From Candidatus Multivoradales bacterium (GTDB lineage: Bacteria > Acidobacteriota > Thermoanaerobaculia > Multivoradales > J023), in the NCBI GenBank assembly GCA_965248925.1, contig CBDFLE010000006.1, positions 3,776,001 to 3,840,000 of the forward strand: a DNA stretch of 64,000 nucleotides. The letters run 5' to 3'. Under the pieces are notes generated by a model. The model searched no databases and was not told the DNA's origin. It saw only the letters and a program-made list of their open reading frames with translations. Of the stretch, positions 57,155 to 64,000 are shown piece after piece. Each line of letters starts with the position of its first letter. The first letter of the stretch is position 1. The position numbers were made by a program, and so were the translations under genes.

Positions 57155-59149
57155 TTATACCGAGGGCCTACTGACCACAGCGTCCTTATCGTGGACCTGA
57201 GTCTCAGCCGGCAGTTCCAGGTTGGCTTCGGGGATGACTTCTTGCAGGTAGTTGCGCAGATGCTGGTGGTGGCCGTTGCTCGACAGCAGCCGTAGCTTAT
57301 CGAGCATCCGCAGTAGCAGATCCTCGCTGTAGGGTTGCAGCTGACCGATGAAGATCTTCGGATGGCCGGTCTTGGCCAGATGCTCGTTCTCTAGCTCTAA
57401 TTCCTCGAACAACTTCTCTCCCGGCCGAGTGCCGGTGAATTCGATGGCGATGTCCTCGCCCGGTCGTAGGCCGGCAAGGCGGATCATGTCGTTGGCCAAG
57501 TCGACGATCTTCACCGCTCGGCCCATGTCGAGGACAAAGATCTCGCCCCCCTCGCCGATGCCGGCGGCATGTAGCACCAGCTGCGCGGCTTCTGGGATGG
57601 TCATGAAAAAACGGGTCATTTCCGGATGGGTGACGGTCACCGGCCCCCCGGCCTCGATCTGCTCGCGAAAGATCGGGATCACCGACCCGGTGGAGCCCAG
57701 CACATTGCCAAATCGCACCGCCATGTAGCGGGTGGCGAAGCGCTTCTCGAGGTCGAGCAGCAAAATCTCGGCGAGACGTTTGGAGGCGCCCATCACCGAA
57801 GCGGGGCGCACCGCCTTGTCGGTCGAGATCAGCACGAAGCGTTCGATCCCGGCTTCACCCGCTAGACGGCCCAAACGGTGGGTGGCCAGAGTGTTGTTCT
57901 TGATCGCCTCGGTGGGGTTCAGCTCCATCAGGGGTACATGCTTGTGCGCCGCGGCGTGCAGGATGAGCTGAGGTCGCTCGTCCTGCAGTAAGGTTCGCAT
58001 GCGCTCATCGTCGGCTACATCAGCCACCCGAGCGGTGATTTCCAGGTTCGGCCAGCGAGCGCGTAGCTGACGGTCGATCTCGAACAGCGCCGGCTCCGCG
58101 CGTTCCACCAAGATAATCCGGCTGGCCTGGTAGAGCGCTGCTTGGCGCGCCAGCTCGGAGCCGATCGAACCCCCGGCACCGGTGACCATTACCCGAGCGC
58201 CGCCGATCAGCTCGGTCAAGCGCCGCCGATCCTCACCGTCTTCGAGCTGCACCTGCTCCCGGCCGAGCAAGTCTTCGATTCGCACTTTGCGAAAGCGGGA
58301 CACACTGAGCCGACCTTCGAGAATCTCGAACAGGCTCGGCATGATCCGCACCTCGACTTTGAGCTGGCGGCATAGATCGACCAGGTCCATGGCCCGGCGG
58401 CGTTCGACTCGCACCATGGTCAACAGCACCTGGTCGATGTCGAGCGCCGAGATCAGTTCGGGTAGATCGTCGGAGGTGCCGAGCACCTTGATGCCGTGCA
58501 GCACCGAACCCACCTTGTGGGGATCGTCGTCGACGAAGCCGACTACTTGCAACTCCGAAGCCGCTGCCTGTCCCGCCAGCGCTCGTACCGCCCGCAAGCC
58601 GGCGCGGCCGGCACCGAATAACAGGACTTGCTGGCGTTGTCGGCGATTGCCAACGTCGTCGAAAGGCAGGTGGCTCTCGAAGCGTTCGTAGAGACTACGG
58701 CGCAGAATGCGGATGCCGAGGACGCCGCCGAAGGCGAAGGCGGTGTCCATGACGATGATCGAGATCGGCACTCGCAGGTCACCGAGCTGCGGGGGCAGGC
58801 CGAAGCGCAAGGCCAGCAATGGCAGGGCGGAGAACAGCGCGGCGAGGATGAAGCTCTGCATCTCGGCCATGCCAATGTAGCGCCAGATGAAGCTGTAGAT
58901 GCCGCAGAGGAAGATCGCTGCCAGCTGAACTAACACCACCATCGGCAATTGGACCAGCGCGTCGTCGCGGATCTGCGGCGTCAAGGAGAATTCGAAGCGC
59001 AGCAAATAAGCCAGGCAGAAAGCCGCCACCAACACTGATAAATCGAGCAAGAACTGGATTTCACGGCGCAAATGGTAGGTCCAGAAGGGCCGGGTGGTGG
59101 GCGGTGGGTCTTTCTTGACCCCTTGGCGGCTGTTCGTGGGCTCCGTCAT
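57155..59149 (-). CDS. Nucleoside-diphosphate sugar 4,6-dehydratase (CapD/WbpM/PglF family)
   Basis: N-terminal TMs; TGAGGSIGSE, HAAAHKHVP, STDKAV, VRFGNV, RPGEKL. Confidence 0.93.
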   Translation of the reverse strand: MTEPTNSRQGVKKDPPPTTRPFWTYHLRREIQFLLDLSVLVAAFCLAYLLRFEFSLTPQIRDDALVQLPMVVLVQLAAIFLCGIYSFIWRYIGMAEMQSFILAALFSALPLLALRFGLPPQLGDLRVPISIIVMDTAFAFGGVLGIRILRRSLYERFESHLPFDDVGNRRQRQQVLLFGAGRAGLRAVRALAGQAAASELQVVGFVDDDPHKVGSVLHGIKVLGTSDDLPELISALDIDQVLLTMVRVERRRAMDLVDLCRQLKVEVRIMPSLFEILEGRLSVSRFRKVRIEDLLGREQVQLEDGEDRRRLTELIGGARVMVTGAGGSIGSELARQAALYQASRIILVERAEPALFEIDRQLRARWPNLEITARVADVADDERMRTLLQDERPQLILHAAAHKHVPLMELNPTEAIKNNTLATHRLGRLAGEAGIERFVLISTDKAVRPASVMGASKRLAEILLLDLEKRFATRYMAVRFGNVLGSTGSVIPIFREQIEAGGPVTVTHPEMTRFFMTIPEAAQLVLHAAGIGEGGEIFVLDMGRAVKIVDLANDMIRLAGLRPGEDIAIEFTGTRPGEKLFEELELENEHLAKTGHPKIFIGQLQPYSEDLLLRMLDKLRLLSSNGHHQHLRNYLQEVIPEANLELPAETQVHDKDAVVSRPSV

Positions 59150-59156
59150 AAGCGAG

Positions 59157-59873
59157 CTAGTTCTTGTCAAGTGGCTTGTTTTCAGTAGTTTGCGTTTCAT
59201 TGTCGAGCTTGAAATAGTCCAGGCTCGGCGGAATTCGTACACTCGGCATGACTATCTTAAGCACCGTCCATGCCAGAACCAAGCTATCTGTCGTTGAATT
59301 CCTCTGCCGTTGGTAAGCGACATAACCGGCGAGTTTCCGCGGCAGTAGTTGCTCGCGGTAATAGCGTTCCGGGTCTTCGGGGTAGTTGCGCAGCAGACTT
59401 TCTTCGTCGCGCAATGCCAGAGTCACCGGATCGGTCAGACCAGGACGAGTCACCAGGACTTGTTGCCAAAGCTCGTCGTTAAGGTTGACAAATTGTGGCA
59501 CTTCGGGCCGGGCGCCGACCAAAGACATGTCGCCGCGCAGCACATTCCACAGTTCCGGCAGCTCGTCGAGCTTGCTGCGACGGAGCAGGGCGCCAACTCG
59601 GGTGACGCGAGCATCGCCGCCAGCCGTGACCCCGGGCCCGGCCTGGTCGATGGTCATGCTGCGCAGCTTGTAGAGCAGGAAGGGACGGCCTCCACGGCCG
59701 ATCCGCTGTTGACGGAACAGTATTGGCCCCGGTGAATTCAGCTTGACCGCCAGCGCGGCGGCGGCCAAGAGAGGCGCCACCAGGAGGAGTCCGCCGCCCG
59801 CGGCCAATGCTTCGAGCCAGCGTGGCAGACCGCCGTGCCGGTGTTCTAGGGGCGGTGGGTCGGCCGGGCTCAT
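59157..59873 (-). CDS. Bacterial sugar transferase (phosphoglycosyltransferase)
   Basis: SPGPILFRQQRIG, KLDELPELWNVLRGDMSLVG.RPE. Confidence 0.93.
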   Translation of the reverse strand: MSPADPPPLEHRHGGLPRWLEALAAGGGLLLVAPLLAAAALAVKLNSPGPILFRQQRIGRGGRPFLLYKLRSMTIDQAGPGVTAGGDARVTRVGALLRRSKLDELPELWNVLRGDMSLVGARPEVPQFVNLNDELWQQVLVTRPGLTDPVTLALRDEESLLRNYPEDPERYYREQLLPRKLAGYVAYQRQRNSTTDSLVLAWTVLKIVMPSVRIPPSLDYFKLDNETQTTENKPLDKN

Positions 59874-61300
59874 TCCTGATCGCCGCCGGCCAGCCCGCCA
59901 TCCGCAGCGGCGCTGGGTGCAGTGCCAAGTTTCGAAATCACCGCTTGGAATTTACCTGCCTTGGTGCGGGGAATCTCCTTGACCACCTCAACTTCGACTT
60001 CGACGCCTTTGCCCAGCCGTTGCTGGATGCGTTCACTGATGGTTTGGTGATCGACGGCGTCCCAGCCGGCCGCTGGCACCACCTTGACTCGGATCCGGTC
60101 GAGGGCTTCCTGGATTACCTGGCCCTCGTGGACTTGGGGTAGATCGACGAAGACGCCATGGAAACGCACCATCTGGCGACCGTCCGGGCCGACGACGACA
60201 TCCTCGACCCGGCCGACCACTTCTTGCAGCACCGGCAACGGCCGGCCACAAGGGCAGGGGTCAGCGGGGTCGGCCCAGGTGGCGACATCGCCAAGGCGAA
60301 AGCGCACCAAAGGTTGGTAGGGCCGCATCAGGCAGGTGGTGACCACCTCGCCGGGTTCGCCGGGTGCGCAGGAAGTGCCGTCGGGGCGCAAGATCTCCAG
60401 TATTCCGGCATCCTCGCTGACGTGCAAGCGGCGGTGTTCGCACTCGCTGGCGAACACCGCGTTCTCGACCGTGCTGTACTCCTCGAACACACCGCCGCCG
60501 AAGGCTTGTTGCAGAACCTTGCGCATCCCTGGGGTGAGCTTCTCGCTGGTGGTGACGATAGCGTCCAGCGGCGGAATCTCGAGGCCGCGATCGAGGGCGA
60601 AGCGAGCCATCAGATACACCCCGACAGCGTAGCCGGTCAGCCAGCGGATGCGGTGCTGGGCGAGCGCTTCAAGGTAGCGGCCAACGGTGTCGGGAGAGAG
60701 GTGAAAGGCCGAGAAGTAGACCTGGCGTTCGACCCTGTTGTAGCGATGAAAGGGACCCTGGCTGTGGGGATCGGGCACTACGATGCGCCCTGAGAGCGAG
60801 GCCCGAGGTAGGTTGAACGACACCCCCGCCCAGCCTGCTGAACGTGCTTCGCGCAGAGCGAGGGAGTTGCGCAGCTCGTCCACCGTCCAGAGAGTGGCAA
60901 TCGGCGTGCCGGTAGAGCCGCTGGTGTGAAAGACCAGCTCGCGGCTCGGCTCGAGGTCCCGGCGCAAGAAGCGGCGGGCGTCGGCCCGTGGCGCCTCCTT
61001 GCCGAGAAGGGGCAGGTCCGCGAGTCGGCCGGCGTGGGCGGCGCGCTTGTTTTCGCTACTCCAAGTGTCGCGATAGTACGGCACTTGTTCGGCGGCGGCG
61101 CTGAGCAAAGCCCGGAGTCGTTGGTCTACAGCGCTGCGCCAGGCCGCTGGATCGAGAATCTGACGCTGCAAATAGCCGTTTAGATGGCGTTGGTAGCCGG
61201 GGCCAAAGCGCAACCTTCGCCAGTAGAGGCCATAGGCGCTGACCGCACAATGCTGTGCCCAGACGGGCAAATGGGCGTAGATCGTGTCGAGCTTGGACAC
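59870..61300 (-). CDS. Phenylacetate-CoA ligase-like adenylating enzyme (CapK-like)
   Basis: TSGSTGTP, YSTVE, PLVRFRLGD, VGRVED, AGKFQ. Confidence 0.88.
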   Translation of the reverse strand: MSKLDTIYAHLPVWAQHCAVSAYGLYWRRLRFGPGYQRHLNGYLQRQILDPAAWRSAVDQRLRALLSAAAEQVPYYRDTWSSENKRAAHAGRLADLPLLGKEAPRADARRFLRRDLEPSRELVFHTSGSTGTPIATLWTVDELRNSLALREARSAGWAGVSFNLPRASLSGRIVVPDPHSQGPFHRYNRVERQVYFSAFHLSPDTVGRYLEALAQHRIRWLTGYAVGVYLMARFALDRGLEIPPLDAIVTTSEKLTPGMRKVLQQAFGGGVFEEYSTVENAVFASECEHRRLHVSEDAGILEILRPDGTSCAPGEPGEVVTTCLMRPYQPLVRFRLGDVATWADPADPCPCGRPLPVLQEVVGRVEDVVVGPDGRQMVRFHGVFVDLPQVHEGQVIQEALDRIRVKVVPAAGWDAVDHQTISERIQQRLGKGVEVEVEVVKEIPRTKAGKFQAVISKLGTAPSAAADGGLAGGDQE

Positions 61301-61403
61301 TAGAGGCTCCGCGGAGGGGGGCGAAGATCAATCATAGCAGTCAACGACTTCGCTACAATCGCCCCTCAGCCAATTCAAGCAGACCGACCCAAGGAGGTAG
61401 CCA

Positions 61404-61667
61404 ATGGAGCCCGACAAGCGGCTGCGCCAGTATTGGCGCAAGAATCAGACTTTGATAGCGATCTTGCTGGCGATTTGGTTCTTGGTCTCGTTCGTCTTCG
61501 CGATCTTCCTCGCCGAGCCGCTCTACGGCGCGCGCATCGGCAAGCTGCCGGCCAGCTTCTGGTGGGCGCAGCAGGGTTCGATGTTCGTTTTCGTGCTGCT
61601 GATCTTTATCTATGCCTGGAAGATGGACCGGCTCGATCGCCAATACGACCTCGACGAGGAGGATTGA
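61404..61667 (+). CDS. DUF4212 small membrane subunit of a solute symporter
   Basis: YWRKN...FWWAQQGS...YAWKMDRLD; AGGAGG RBS. Confidence 0.9.
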   Translation: MEPDKRLRQYWRKNQTLIAILLAIWFLVSFVFAIFLAEPLYGARIGKLPASFWWAQQGSMFVFVLLIFIYAWKMDRLDRQYDLDEED

Positions 61668-61670
61668 GCG

Positions 61671-63317
<1,647 letters not shown>

Positions 63318-63879
63318 GGATGTCTCTGCTGATGGGTACTGCCCAAATGGTCAGAGCTACAATTGCACGCGCGATCCGCGCACCGGCATCGTGCTTCGGC
63401 ATCTCCTGCACGAGAGCACAGTACAGCGCGCGAACCCTCGATCTGCGTGGGCGTGGAGGGATGCCCGGGAAGTCTACTCGGCAGCTGAAGCGCTCAGGTT
63501 GCGGAAGTTGCTGGCGTTCATCCGTCAGCCAAAGAATCTGAAAAACAGCGTCCGTGCACTCGTTAGTAATGGAGACAGGCATTCGAACGGGCCGCGAGTG
63601 CGTGCGGTAGATGACGCTCCCGGCCGTGTTCCGACGCATGAAGCGCGCCCCGCCGGTTGCCAATTTCACAGTGCTCTCGGTCGCTTGACCGGCCACGCCA
63701 TACTCGGTACGCTCTTTGATACGAAGTACTTACTTCATGGCAGCTGCACTGGCCGGCCGGGAAAATTCCGGCAAGCCGGTGCGCGCTACGCATGCTGGTG
63801 GCCGTCCGCAGAAGTTAGTAGATCATAAGGTTATGCGCAGGAAGCTAAGCAATTTCGAACTAGTGAGTGAGTGGATCCG

Positions 63880-64000
63880 ATGCTAGGACGTTTTCTCGGT
63901 ATCGCGCTTCTACTTGCTCTCGCAGGCGGCTTCGTGCTGCTGGCGGTACTTCTATTCAGTTCACAGAGTGAAGAGCTCGTGCCGCTCGTCAAAGAGATCC
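63880..64000 (+). CDS. Partial hypothetical membrane or secreted protein
   Basis: MLGRFLGIALLLALAGGFVLLAVLLFSSQSEEL..., open to the window end. Confidence 0.45.
   Translation, partial: MLGRFLGIALLLALAGGFVLLAVLLFSSQSEELVPLVKEI

Noticed and set aside
63320-63828. ORFs 63391-63828 and 63241-63696
   Set aside because: No family motifs and atypical composition; cannot be supported.

Overview
GC-rich bacterial chromosome segment, probably Acidobacteriota (inferred from an acidobacterial-type VWA protein, a short PheT and the gene order). About 1-35 kb and 48-63 kb are core or housekeeping: transglutaminase-like pair, MATE, lon, ABC/M1 peptidase, ymdB-rny-6S-zapA-zapB-pheT-pheS-rplT-rpmI-thrS (no infC), two tRNA-Val genes, coaBC, ltaE, ribBA, polysaccharide genes and an ActP-like symporter. 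About 35.2-48.2 kb is an accessory island on the 5' side of the tRNA-Val pair. It holds a complete IS1182/IS5-like element, an IS66 remnant and two secreted-protein gene pairs; one has a Cys-rich tip, the other a (G4S)-linked HEXXH domain split by a CUU-UAA-C +1 frameshift. It also holds a ~1.78-kb imperfect direct repeat carrying an HTH-like/TPR gene divergent from a small-gene operon. The two repeat copies are reciprocally truncated and differ mostly in one TPR segment; this is the best candidate for an undescribed system. Also found: a BrnT toxin reduced to its two ends next to an intact BrnA, an ATPase+TPR pair, and a partial DUF3524 (QTMAN/GTDC1-like) gene. All family calls come from motif recognition by eye; no searches were run.
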